In this document: positions 42,917 to 54,543 of the stretch, piece after piece
Numbering within the stretch: the first letter of the stretch is position 1
Layout: each line of letters opens with the position of its first letter
Assembly (NCBI GenBank): GCA_963662285.2
Contig: CAXXMV010000006.1
Coordinates: forward strand, 448,001 to 512,000
DNA: 64,000 nucleotides
Direction: 5' to 3'
DNA from: a bacterium
Lineage (GTDB): Bacteria > Hinthialibacterota > Hinthialibacteria > Hinthialibacterales > Hinthialibacteraceae
Made by a program: the position numbers and the translations under genes
Notes under the pieces: model-generated
Databases searched by the model: none
Seen by the model: the letters and a program-made list of their open reading frames with translations, nothing else
Told to the model about the DNA's origin: nothing

Positions 42917-45900
42917 ATGAAATACACGCGTATAGGGAGAAGAATTATGTCTCGATTGAATAAACGTACTTTCATACCATGGGTTCTGTTTTTCTGGCCA
43001 ATTCTACTCTGTTCAATTTATTCCCACGCGGATTCCGCATTACAATTCAACTTATTTGATGAAACAGGCATATCCAAGGGCGTTTGCGCGATACTTGGCG
43101 CCGACAGTGTGGAACTAGGCGTAGAAATTGCAAAAACCGGGGATTACTTCGTCCATGTTATCGATCCACAAAGCGAACAAATTGAAAAAGCCCAGCACAT
43201 CGCCGATGTGAGTGGATTGTATGGAAACAAAATAACTGTTGAGAAAAGTTCCTTTTCCCCGCTTCCTTATGTAAACAACTTTCTCGATTTCGTCATTATT
43301 GCAAATGCAGACAAAGACAATCTAAGCCGTGTTCCTATCCAGGAAATCATGCGCGTTCTTCGCCCTGAAGGATATGTTATTATCGGCAATCCCGATCCCA
43401 AGGCGAACTTTTCTATACAAGATATAAGAAAACTTGCAAGTAAAGTTGATCTGATAAACTCAAAAGTCATTGATAATTCAAAAGGTAAATGGCTATTCAT
43501 GTCTAAGCCTCTGAATAAGGGGATTGATGATTGGAGAATGTGGGAGCATGGACCGGATAATAATCCTGTCTCAACCGATGAAATTATCAGGTCTCCTTTC
43601 ATGACCCAATGGCTAGGTACTCCGTTTTATAACACTATGCCAATGATCACTACGGCATCAGGTGGGCGTCTTTTTCTGGCCATGGGGCACATTGCTCATC
43701 ACCGGCGTGAGGAACCCTGGTTAAATACTCTTCTCGCGCGGAACGGCTATAACGGAACCATTCTTTGGAACCGTAAATTGCCTGACGGATATCTCGTACA
43801 TCGGTCCGCCTACATTGCCACTCCGGAAACCTTTTACATGATAGATATGGATGGATCAGGTTGTTTAATGTTAGATCCGGAAACCGGTTCAGAGCAAGGC
43901 AAAATTGAAATTCCGGATATTCGCGGTGAGTGGAAATGGATTTCCATGGTCGATGGTATGCTCTACGCTATGGTGGGAAAACAGAAAGATCCAGCGGAAA
44001 CCACTATCGTACGCAGCGAGTTTTCTCATTGGAGCTGGGGAGAACTGAGCAAGGGCTATTACGCTGATCGCGTACCCTGGGGATTCGGAGAAACATTGTT
44101 GGCGTACGATCTCAAGGAAAAAAAATTGCTATGGACGCATTCCGAAGAAAAATCCATTGATTCAAGGTCTCTATCGATTGGAGGAGGACGGTTGTATTTT
44201 TATGGTCCCGATTCGCATGTTGCTTGTCTAGACTTGGAATCAGGCAACATTGGCTGGAAAAACGATGATCCCGATTTGATCCGTTTAATAGAAGAAAAAG
44301 GCCGCGGTTTGGGATCAACTCCTGGATTCCGCTCTATGTGCTTTTCGTTATATACTCCAGCTGCTCTTTATCTCCAAGCGCAGACCCGACAGAACCTCGT
44401 AGCCGTATCCCTCAAAGACGGTCGCTATTTATGGAGCCGACAGAAAACAACCAACAATCCCAATATGCTTTTTACAGACGGTATGTTATATGCTGGAATC
44501 GGGCCGGATGGAAACACTCTTGAATTAGATCCATTAACAGGTGAAACCAAGCGGGATTTAGGCTTCAAAAAGCGTTCCTGCGCCAGATTGACGGCAACTC
44601 TAGAATCGTTTTTTTGTCGCGGCTGGAATGAAGGCATGACACGGTATGATAGAAAAACCGGTCAAATACAATTTAACGGCGCCTTCCGTTTATCATGCAA
44701 TGATGGAATGCTTCCCGCTAATGGTTTAATCTACACTGGCCCCTGGCCCTGTGATTGCAACTTATCATTGATGGGGCACATTTCCCTTTGTTCCGCTGGT
44801 GATTTTTCTTTTGAGAATAACATCGATCTTCCCGGACGATTAGAGTATGGTTCGGGAGATGCATTGCATGTCGATGATTTTGCTTGTGATGAAACTGATT
44901 GGCATACATATCGCAGTAACAACAAACATAACAGTTCTTCATCTGTGTCTATCCCTGAACGGATTATGAAAATATGGGAGTATAATCCAAAATTTCCATT
45001 CCAAGCCACTGCTCCTACAAGTGCTGGTGGACTTCTTTTTATCGGGGGAGATGACGGAAAAATACGCGCCATCGATTCGGCTACAGGAAAAGTCAAGTGG
45101 ATATACCGGACTGGGGGGACAATTCTTCAACCGCCCTCGATTTGGAATGGGCGCGTGTACGTTGGTTCAAGCGATGGTTCCATTTACGCGCTAGAAGCAA
45201 CGACGGGACGTTTATTGTGGCGTTTCCGCGCCTCGCCAATCGAACGACGCACTATGGTATATAATTCACTCAGTTCAACTTGGCCAGTGCATTCAGGTGT
45301 TCTTGTTCAAGATGGAATTGCATACGCGGCGGCCGGGATTATCGATTATGATGGAACCTTCGTCTATGCGCTTGATGCCATTACCGGAAAAGTCATCTGG
45401 CATAATAGTTCAAGTGGACATTTGGATCGTGATCTTCGCAAAGGCATCTCTGCACAGGGAACTATGACGATCCTGAAAGATCGTTTGTGGATGGCGGGCG
45501 GTAATGTTATCTCACCAGCTATATATGATCTTAAGACAGGAGATTATTTAGGAGCCAAACCCGTAGATGGTTCTCCTCAATCCAACCGTGGAGAAGAAAT
45601 AGGCGTCATCGGAGAATCTATTTTACAGGGAGGGAAATTGCGCTATACAACGGGTGAGAACGTCGTTAATCCGGCTCATTTTGACGCATTGACTCTTGAT
45701 AGCAAAGGGAATCCGCAGCTTTTATCCGTTCTGCATCAAGGCAAAATCCCTCCTGCCTGGAATGATCAGATAATAGTATATACTGATAGCCGCAATACGA
45801 TTCCGAAATGCAGTACCATTGATAACGCCATAACCAGCCCTGCGCAGAGAAGACGGTCTGGTATATCTAAAAATGTCTGGCAGGCTGATTCGTTGTATGG

Positions 45901-46804
45901 CAGCGACGCTGTTTCGCTGGCATTAGCAAAGAATGCTCTTTTAACCGTAAATGAAATACCGCGTCAACGATGGTTGGAAACGCGTTGGAGATTGAACATA
46001 TTAAATATAAAAGATGGATCAGCAATCGGACATCACGATTTATCTTCTCCCGCACAAACGGGCGGCTTGCTGATTGATAGGGATGGTAAAATTATTGTCA
46101 TTCACGAAGGTGGAAATATTTCCTGTTTTGGCGATTTGAACGCGCTTCGTCAATACGCAAGTTCTCTCGCAAATGAAGCGGGGGCGGAAGAAGGTAAGCG
46201 GTATTATAGAAGAACATTGATATCCGCGTTGAATATCGTTCATGATCCCGATGCGCGTTCGTCGTTGATCCGGGACTTAAAAGAAATTGGCGTCGATGTC
46301 GGAATCGCTGCGCAACAAGCTGGCTATATAGTAGATTGGAATATTCTCGATCCTATCCCTTGGGATATCGGCGATCCACATTCCGATGAAACTGTTATCG
46401 GAGCGCCGGACCTTATCCCTGATCGAACGTATCAAATAAAAAATATCGAATATACCTGGAACTCATATCGTACGCACTTGAATCATGGAGCCATTGACCT
46501 GGATCAGATTTTTGGGGAATGCAACAATTCTGCCATTTATGCTTATGCCGAATTCGAATGCGCCATAACTACCCGCGCTCAATTAATGATTGGCAGTAAT
46601 GATGGATACCGGTGCTGGCTCAATGGCGAAATTGTAGGAACCTTTGATGGCGGAAGGGCATACCGTGTTGATGAAGATAATATAACAGTTACTGTCCACA
46701 AAGGATTAAACCGGATTCTTTTGAAGGTTACCCAACACGGGAACGCATGGGCTTATGGCGTCCGCTTGCTGGATCAAAACGGTTGTGCGATTGTTGTACA
46801 ATAG
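42917..46804 (+). CDS. Large secreted PQQ-like/BamB-type beta-propeller repeat protein with SAM-methyltransferase-like N-terminal domain
   Basis: Signal peptide; LPYVNNFLD..EIMRVLRPEG; many A.D..TG...W repeats; C-terminal GSNDGYRCWLNG beta-sandwich. Confidence 0.8.
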   Translation: MKYTRIGRRIMSRLNKRTFIPWVLFFWPILLCSIYSHADSALQFNLFDETGISKGVCAILGADSVELGVEIAKTGDYFVHVIDPQSEQIEKAQHIADVSGLYGNKITVEKSSFSPLPYVNNFLDFVIIANADKDNLSRVPIQEIMRVLRPEGYVIIGNPDPKANFSIQDIRKLASKVDLINSKVIDNSKGKWLFMSKPLNKGIDDWRMWEHGPDNNPVSTDEIIRSPFMTQWLGTPFYNTMPMITTASGGRLFLAMGHIAHHRREEPWLNTLLARNGYNGTILWNRKLPDGYLVHRSAYIATPETFYMIDMDGSGCLMLDPETGSEQGKIEIPDIRGEWKWISMVDGMLYAMVGKQKDPAETTIVRSEFSHWSWGELSKGYYADRVPWGFGETLLAYDLKEKKLLWTHSEEKSIDSRSLSIGGGRLYFYGPDSHVACLDLESGNIGWKNDDPDLIRLIEEKGRGLGSTPGFRSMCFSLYTPAALYLQAQTRQNLVAVSLKDGRYLWSRQKTTNNPNMLFTDGMLYAGIGPDGNTLELDPLTGETKRDLGFKKRSCARLTATLESFFCRGWNEGMTRYDRKTGQIQFNGAFRLSCNDGMLPANGLIYTGPWPCDCNLSLMGHISLCSAGDFSFENNIDLPGRLEYGSGDALHVDDFACDETDWHTYRSNNKHNSSSSVSIPERIMKIWEYNPKFPFQATAPTSAGGLLFIGGDDGKIRAIDSATGKVKWIYRTGGTILQPPSIWNGRVYVGSSDGSIYALEATTGRLLWRFRASPIERRTMVYNSLSSTWPVHSGVLVQDGIAYAAAGIIDYDGTFVYALDAITGKVIWHNSSSGHLDRDLRKGISAQGTMTILKDRLWMAGGNVISPAIYDLKTGDYLGAKPVDGSPQSNRGEEIGVIGESILQGGKLRYTTGENVVNPAHFDALTLDSKGNPQLLSVLHQGKIPPAWNDQIIVYTDSRNTIPKCSTIDNAITSPAQRRRSGISKNVWQADSLYGSDAVSLALAKNALLTVNEIPRQRWLETRWRLNILNIKDGSAIGHHDLSSPAQTGGLLIDRDGKIIVIHEGGNISCFGDLNALRQYASSLANEAGAEEGKRYYRRTLISALNIVHDPDARSSLIRDLKEIGVDVGIAAQQAGYIVDWNILDPIPWDIGDPHSDETVIGAPDLIPDRTYQIKNIEYTWNSYRTHLNHGAIDLDQIFGECNNSAIYAYAEFECAITTRAQLMIGSNDGYRCWLNGEIVGTFDGGRAYRVDEDNITVTVHKGLNRILLKVTQHGNAWAYGVRLLDQNGCAIVVQ

Positions 46805-47060
46805 CCAAGAACTCTGCATAATCCTTCACTGTAGGGACGCCAAATATAGATTCGCCCATAACATTTACAGGAGGTCTGAAATCATTCTGCATATGCGCCT
46901 CCCACACTATAGACATTCAATTGCAATTGTATACATATCTTCCAAAATTAAGGTGTACCTCATTGTCAAGACAGAAATCAAGTAATTGTGAAGTAGGCTT
47001 TCGACCTCGATTTCTCTCAATTCAAGTCTCCGTATTTGGGAGCCTGAAATCATGATGATT

Positions 47061-47455
47061 CCTGATTTTCATACTTACTTGCCGATATTATCTACAAGAG
47101 GAGAGTTTCGTTCTTTCAATTGTTGGTAGATGGAATCTGCAGTGCCGAGATACTCCGAGCGCGTGCGAACCCGGCTTTTCCCAGAACCTCGAGTTTTACC
47201 CTGATTATCGGGATCAATTTTCTCACGCCAAGTGGTTTGATAGTAATAGCAGGTGTTACCATGAATTTGTTTTGCATATATTTTACCGGCCATAATGTCA
47301 CCTTACTCGTTGAATGTAACATTACATACAGTATTTTATACCCACTTATAAAGGCTGTCAATAATATTTTATGTAACTTTACGCAAATGAGCACGATAAA
47401 TCCTATGAATTAAAACGCTTAGAGAAATTAATTATTTGAAATTGGAAAACTCAGG
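47061..47455 (-). mobile_element. Internally deleted IS1634-like element (about 395 bp) carrying a 72-aa transposase remnant (47075..47293)
   Basis: MAGKIYAKQIHGNTCYYY...EYLGTAD resembles IS1634 transposase N-termini; ends CCTGATTTTCATACTT (47061) and revcomp CCTGAGTTTTCCAATTT (47455) form imperfect inverted repeats. Confidence 0.6.
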
Positions 47456-47650
47456 TTAAATAAACAAATTCTATCAAACAGATACAGTCCAATATTAAGC
47501 ATTGATCTGTTGGTTTTTAATCAGATTGTTCACATTACAACTTTATGAATAATAGAAAATCCAGGAACAATAAATCCGCCTAAATATAACATCTTCCATA
47601 ACACAAGTAATATCAATACAAAACAACAATGTGAAAAATTTTTATATTAT

Positions 47651-47665
47651 TGGCATGCTGATTGC
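47651..47665 (+). promoter_or_regulatory. Sigma54 (-24/-12) promoter of amtB-glnK
   Basis: TGGCATGCTGATTGC is GG-N10-GC, close to TGGCAC-N5-TTGC, 87 bp upstream of amtB. Confidence 0.75.
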
Positions 47666-47752
47666 CATTACATAAATTCGGCCTATTTTATTGACATTAT
47701 TTGACTTGGCCATGTATTAATTTACACAGCATAACTACCAAGGGGAACTTGA

Positions 47753-49455
<1,703 letters not shown>

Positions 49456-49462
49456 AATATTC

Positions 49463-49548
49463 GTAGGCTGGGTCGCGTTTTATGACCTACCGATTCTAGT
49501 TAACTACAGGTGGCTTATGGTGGGTCGGTGAGGCGCGACCCACCATAC
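49463..49548. repeat. Inverted pair of GTAG-type REP-like hairpins
   Basis: GTAGGCTGGGTCGCGTTTTATGACCTACC on + and GTATGGTGGGTCGCGCCTCACCGACCCACCAT on -. Confidence 0.6.
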
Positions 49549-51394
49549 TTGAGCACGCCAAACCGACTTTTTCAAATATCATATCGAGCCAATTACTGTA
49601 GGTCCATTGCCGGGCGATTCTTTTTTGGCCCTGTTCTCTGATCCGGTCGGCTTCATCGATGTGTTCTAAATAATAGGTCACCTGCTCCGCCAGTTCATTA
49701 ACGCTTTGATAGCGTATCATCTCTTTGCCGGGTTCGAGGAACTGGGAAAAATCGCCGTCGCTGATTAAGAAGCCCCCCATACCGGCGACATTGAAGTACC
49801 GCATGTTGGGGCTGGTTACATTGCCTACCGAATGGATGTTGACGAAGATGTGTCCCTCATTAAACAGAGCCGGTTCTTCAGCAATAGGCAGGTATCTCTG
49901 ATAACAATTCTTCAGCGCAGAATCTTCAGCGTTATCAGCCCAGTTGCCAAATAGCGCCAGCCCCTTATCAGCGATGCATTCCAATAATATTCGTCGCCGT
50001 GCTGCGGTGCATTGGCAGAGCAGGTAGCGGAAAATATCATAATACTCCTGCTCGTTTTCAACCTGCGGCATTGGATTGGCTTCCAGATAATCAAACAGAT
50101 TCAGTTGAAGATCGAAATTACTCAGTTCCTGTTCGGCATGAAGAATGGCGTTCCACAGCTGGGAGCGTTTCAACATTTTCGTGCGAAATCTCTGTTCGTC
50201 TTCTTTTGGTAAACCCAAAGGATTGCCCACGAAAACGATGGGATAACGGCGTGATGTTTGAACTGGTTGGTCTTCGGAGTAATTGGCCATGATCGGAACG
50301 AAAAATGGATTGGGCGCCCCGCGTTCAATATAAGCGGGCATCAGTTTGCGCTCGGCGATGGCGCTGTACTCATTCTGATAATAGCGGCGGTCGTAATAAG
50401 CGAAGTTAGACGCCGCCTGCACCCAGGGAACGCCCAGCGCTTCAAAAATCTCCTGTCCCACAATCTGGGGAGCATGATAGGCGTAACTGATAATCAAATC
50501 GGGTTGAAAATCTTTGAGGTTTGCTAAAAGCGACCGGATATAAAAGCGGCGGTAATCCGCTTCATGCATATCAAAGCGGTGACCTTGCAACGCAACCGTT
50601 TTTACATCTACGCCCCGTTGTCGCAAAGCCTTTTCTATTGAGCGGATATGCAGCCCCTGAGGAAACTCTCCCCAACACTCAAACAGCATAACCCGCTCAA
50701 CCGTCTTCTCATTTTTCTGCGCTGCATTCTGGCGTAAGCACTCAATTACTTCAGCGCTTTTTTGATGTTCTTTATCTGATCCGGCGTTGTATTGATCCAG
50801 GAAATTATGATATTTAGCCTGCTGATCTTCTGGATTGGAAAAATAAGCGTAGACTTTTTCTCTTCCCCATAGATTATATTGATTGATGCTTTGCAAAACA
50901 GTTGCAATATCATCTTCACCAATGGCAAGATGATATCTTCCACTAGCTAGAGCGTTGCGCATATCGAAGACTAACATGGCTGAGCGCAGCCGGGCGGCGC
51001 TCGGTTCAATCACCAGAACCGTAGTTCGGGGATTCTTCAACAGGGCGTCGGCGGCGATGCGTAAGGCGTAGCCCGTAGATGTTCCCAGAAATATGACTAA
51101 TCCAGCGTCTCTGGAAATCATCTTCAAACGAGTTTGTATTGCCGCCAGTTCCTGTCGGGGATGGTTTTCGCCGAAAATCCACCGGCTGGGATCAGACTGC
51201 GTTTTACAGCGTACAAATCCACCAAATTCCTGCAAGAGCAATTCTTCCGCTCCCTGGTTATTTTTGATCTTCTCAAAAAATTCCGCATCAAAAGCAGACA
51301 GATATTGGAGATTATCTTTCAGCAAAGGGGTTACAACCGCCCTGAGGGGAATCCAGGGTGGTTGTGATTGGGTTGTATCATTGTGATTCTGCAT
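49496..51394 (-). CDS. Glycosyltransferase family protein (CgeB/Glyco_trans_1_2-like C-terminal domain)
   Basis: IVFVG, LALFGNW, IFVNIH...PNMRYFNVAGMGGFLISD, YYLEH.DE...I...G; N-terminal FLGTSTGY...IEPS Rossmann-like domain. Confidence 0.75.
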   Translation of the reverse strand: MQNHNDTTQSQPPWIPLRAVVTPLLKDNLQYLSAFDAEFFEKIKNNQGAEELLLQEFGGFVRCKTQSDPSRWIFGENHPRQELAAIQTRLKMISRDAGLVIFLGTSTGYALRIAADALLKNPRTTVLVIEPSAARLRSAMLVFDMRNALASGRYHLAIGEDDIATVLQSINQYNLWGREKVYAYFSNPEDQQAKYHNFLDQYNAGSDKEHQKSAEVIECLRQNAAQKNEKTVERVMLFECWGEFPQGLHIRSIEKALRQRGVDVKTVALQGHRFDMHEADYRRFYIRSLLANLKDFQPDLIISYAYHAPQIVGQEIFEALGVPWVQAASNFAYYDRRYYQNEYSAIAERKLMPAYIERGAPNPFFVPIMANYSEDQPVQTSRRYPIVFVGNPLGLPKEDEQRFRTKMLKRSQLWNAILHAEQELSNFDLQLNLFDYLEANPMPQVENEQEYYDIFRYLLCQCTAARRRILLECIADKGLALFGNWADNAEDSALKNCYQRYLPIAEEPALFNEGHIFVNIHSVGNVTSPNMRYFNVAGMGGFLISDGDFSQFLEPGKEMIRYQSVNELAEQVTYYLEHIDEADRIREQGQKRIARQWTYSNWLDMIFEKVGLACSSMVGRASPTHHKPPVVN

Positions 51395-51430
51395 AAAAGC
51401 CTATTTATAAATCCATCCCGAAATCATAGA

Positions 51431-52822
51431 TTAGCCTAAAGTCCAGGGTTCACGGTACTCGTAATGCAGTAGTTTATTTGCATCATCATTATTGGTGATG
51501 CGCTCATTTTCGGCGTCCCATTCGATGCGGCATTTGGTCGCCAAAGCGATGTTGGCTAAATGGGCGAAAGTGGTTGAGCGATGCCCGGTTTCAATGTCGC
51601 AGTTACAGCGCTTTCTCGACTTGACGCAATCCAGGAAATTACGCACATGCTGGTCAGTAAGGTCTTGATCCATCCGTTTTACTTCAACTGCTTTGATTGA
51701 TGGACTCTTTTTTTGGAACTGACCGTTGTCCGAAGGAATAATCTTATATCCGCTGCCTTCTGAACCGGTATATAGGTTGCCCAGTGTTCCACGGAATTCA
51801 ACCTCGCCTTGTTCAATAGCGGTTCCCCCGCATGCTTCATACTGCCCGAATATCAGAAGGGTTTTGCAGGGCATTTCAAATATCACCTCCATGGTATCGG
51901 GAACAGTGCGGTCATCATCAATAGCGAACCGTCCGCCATGGGCTGAGACCGATATAGGCGCTTGCTGATCAAGCGCCCAGCGCATGGCGTCCAGGTAGTG
52001 AACTCCCCAGTTGGCCATTTGCGACGAATATGATTCCCACCAGCGGAACTTATAGGGCGCGATATTCCTACGGCTGTCCCGATCAGCCCGTGGACCAAGC
52101 CACATGTCCCAATCAAGACCCTCTACCGGTTTAGAATCAGGGTATTTGCCGATGCCGTCCTGATACATATTGCTGATGCGGTAGGCGCGGGCGACGGTTA
52201 CTTTACCGATGGCGTCAGCGCCGATCAGTTCAGCGGTTTTTTTATAAAGATTAGACGAGCGGCGGTGCAGACCAACCTGGTTGACTCTTCTGCTGCGTTG
52301 GGCGGCCTCGGCCATCTTACGTCCTTCATGGATGGTTATCGATAAAGGTTTTTCAACATAAACGTCTTTACCCGCTTCAAAGGCCATGATAGCCATGATG
52401 GCATGCCAATGATCCGGCGTGGCGATGCATACCGCATCGATATCCTTGCGTTCCAAGACGCGGCGAAAATCGTTATAACGTTCCACCGATGCATCAAACT
52501 TTTCATCTAATTTGGGAATTCGACCACCAAGCGACTTGAGTAATTCCTTGTCCACTTTCGCTAAGTTTCGTTGCCGAAATGGTTCATAAACATCGCATAA
52601 TGCCGCGACGTTCATATCCGGTTGTTTCATGAAACTATGCAGAAGTTGAGTGCCCCGGTTGCCAACGCCTATGAAGCCTACTTTAACAGTATCGTTAGGT
52701 TTAGTGGAAGAAAGAACAGCGGGAGCTTTTGCCGCATGCAATCCAAACGCCGCGCCAGTTGCAGTAAGCGTAGACTTTCGAAGGAACTCTCGTCTCTGTG
52801 TCTTATCATTACCATTGGTCAT
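51431..52822 (-). CDS. Gfo/Idh/MocA family oxidoreductase, Tat-exported
   Basis: QRREFL signal; GFIGVGNRG, ATPDHWH, YVEKP, NWGVHYLD. Confidence 0.92.
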   Translation of the reverse strand: MTNGNDKTQRREFLRKSTLTATGAAFGLHAAKAPAVLSSTKPNDTVKVGFIGVGNRGTQLLHSFMKQPDMNVAALCDVYEPFRQRNLAKVDKELLKSLGGRIPKLDEKFDASVERYNDFRRVLERKDIDAVCIATPDHWHAIMAIMAFEAGKDVYVEKPLSITIHEGRKMAEAAQRSRRVNQVGLHRRSSNLYKKTAELIGADAIGKVTVARAYRISNMYQDGIGKYPDSKPVEGLDWDMWLGPRADRDSRRNIAPYKFRWWESYSSQMANWGVHYLDAMRWALDQQAPISVSAHGGRFAIDDDRTVPDTMEVIFEMPCKTLLIFGQYEACGGTAIEQGEVEFRGTLGNLYTGSEGSGYKIIPSDNGQFQKKSPSIKAVEVKRMDQDLTDQHVRNFLDCVKSRKRCNCDIETGHRSTTFAHLANIALATKCRIEWDAENERITNNDDANKLLHYEYREPWTLG

Positions 52823-53056
52823 GACGTAAAACCCCCTATAGGATTGTATTGATTCTTATTATCGGATTGATTATACGCATTAAAAACCACAACCTCTATA
52901 GTGATTAAGCAAAGTTTTTGACTTTTTAACGTTTCTCCATATATTATGAAATGAGTCTATATTAGTTTTATGAGTGTGATTATAATTCCACCTTAGCGGT
53001 TTTGGATGAGGATTTTTATGTTATATTTTTCTTGAAATTTAATATCAGCGGGTGCT

Positions 53057-54427
53057 ATGTTTGTAATGAATATAAAAAAGAGTTGCATTTATCTTGGAAT
53101 AATTGTGTTGCTTTCGGTTTTTCTCAAAATCTTGATCTTTGGCATTACGGTTGTAGGTGATGAGGAATTGATATCAGGAGATATGCCCGGTTACTTATTA
53201 TTGGCTGACTCCATTTATCAAAAGCAATCGTTCGGGTCTTTTGAGGATGGGCAATTTCATCCCAATATCAGACGAACTCCCGGATATCCGGTTTTTATTG
53301 CGGTTCATAAACTCTTTTTCGGGAATTCACTGATTCCACTGTTTATTACACAAATATTGATGTCATCTTTATTGGCTGTTTTTGTGTATAGCATCACTAG
53401 AAAGATGACCGGTTCTACCATGATTGCTTTCCTTGGCGCAATCATGATTGCGTTAGAGCCGACCTACATTCACTTTTGTTTGTTACCCCTGACCGACATG
53501 TTTTTCACCTTTGTGCTGGTAGTCTCTGTTGCGTCATTTATCAAGTGGAAAGAATCCTCGGCAACCTGGTGGTTGTGTCTTTCGGCGTTTTTGCTATCTG
53601 TGTCCGTTCTTACCCGGCCTATTGCAATATTTTTATTTATTGTTTTTATTCCTTTTATATGCTTTTACAATGCCAATTGGAAATCCAGTGCAGTGAACTG
53701 TCTGATTTGGATCATAATTAGCGTGGCGCCAGTTGCGGGATGGATTGTACGAAATGCGGTTGTAGTTGGAGTTCCCCAATTATCTTCTATATCGTCAGTG
53801 AATATGTTGTTCTACCGGGGAGCTGGGGTGAAATCAAAATTAGAAGGAATACCCTGGTCTCAGGCAAAAAAAAATTTACAAGATGAAGCCATAGAATATA
53901 AAGAAATCCATAATCCAACTCAAAAGGAATACTTGGATTATCTATCGAGTCAAGGAATTAAATTGATTTTGAATCATCCTGTGTTGTATGCCAGAGTTCA
54001 TGCGGAAGGAGTGGCTCAAATGCTTTTTGGCCCCGCTTTGCGCTATGTTTTTTGGAGGTTAGGATTCCCGCAAGAAGGTTTTGGCATATTAACCGCTTTA
54101 AATAACGGGGATTTATCAGAAGGGATTAAAGCCTTAAAAAACAAAGGATTATTCTCTGTTTTTTTGGGAGGCATTGAATTGGCGTATTGTCTGGCGTTGT
54201 TTTTTTTAGTCGGTTTCGGTTTATTTTATTATCCCCGGTTCGGCTGGTGTTTTCTATTGGTATGTATAATATCGGCCTATTTCATAGTTCTATCAGGAGG
54301 GCCGGAAGCCGGAGCGCGTTTCAGGATGCCTCTATTACCTTTTTGGATTCCATTAGCGTTAAGTGGTTTGATGATTATATGTGAAAAATTGGGCTGTGTT
54401 CTAAATGACAAGGATAGATATAAATAA
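53057..54427 (+). CDS. ArnT/PMT-like (GT-C fold) membrane glycosyltransferase
   Basis: D..GY, RTPGYPVF, LTDMFF, LTRP, WIVRN, ARFRMPLLP; many TM helices. Confidence 0.8.
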   Translation: MFVMNIKKSCIYLGIIVLLSVFLKILIFGITVVGDEELISGDMPGYLLLADSIYQKQSFGSFEDGQFHPNIRRTPGYPVFIAVHKLFFGNSLIPLFITQILMSSLLAVFVYSITRKMTGSTMIAFLGAIMIALEPTYIHFCLLPLTDMFFTFVLVVSVASFIKWKESSATWWLCLSAFLLSVSVLTRPIAIFLFIVFIPFICFYNANWKSSAVNCLIWIIISVAPVAGWIVRNAVVVGVPQLSSISSVNMLFYRGAGVKSKLEGIPWSQAKKNLQDEAIEYKEIHNPTQKEYLDYLSSQGIKLILNHPVLYARVHAEGVAQMLFGPALRYVFWRLGFPQEGFGILTALNNGDLSEGIKALKNKGLFSVFLGGIELAYCLALFFLVGFGLFYYPRFGWCFLLVCIISAYFIVLSGGPEAGARFRMPLLPFWIPLALSGLMIICEKLGCVLNDKDRYK

Positions 54428-54447
54428 TATAGCAATAGAAAACTTTG

Positions 54448-54471
54448 GGGGGCTGATATATGTCAGCCCCC
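54448..54471. terminator. Hairpin between convergent genes (probable terminator)
   Basis: GGGGGCTGA-TATATG-TCAGCCCCC. Confidence 0.55.
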
Positions 54472-54519
54472 CTACCTAATATAGAATCTTAAAAATAAAT
54501 GCTATTTCCGTGCTGGATA

Positions 54520-54543
54520 TTAAAATAATTCCCATCCGGCAAC
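54520..54543 (-). other. Putative C-terminal sorting motif VAGWELF*
   Basis: Last 7 codons of the gene; variant of V-x-D-W-x-x-Y. Confidence 0.6.
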
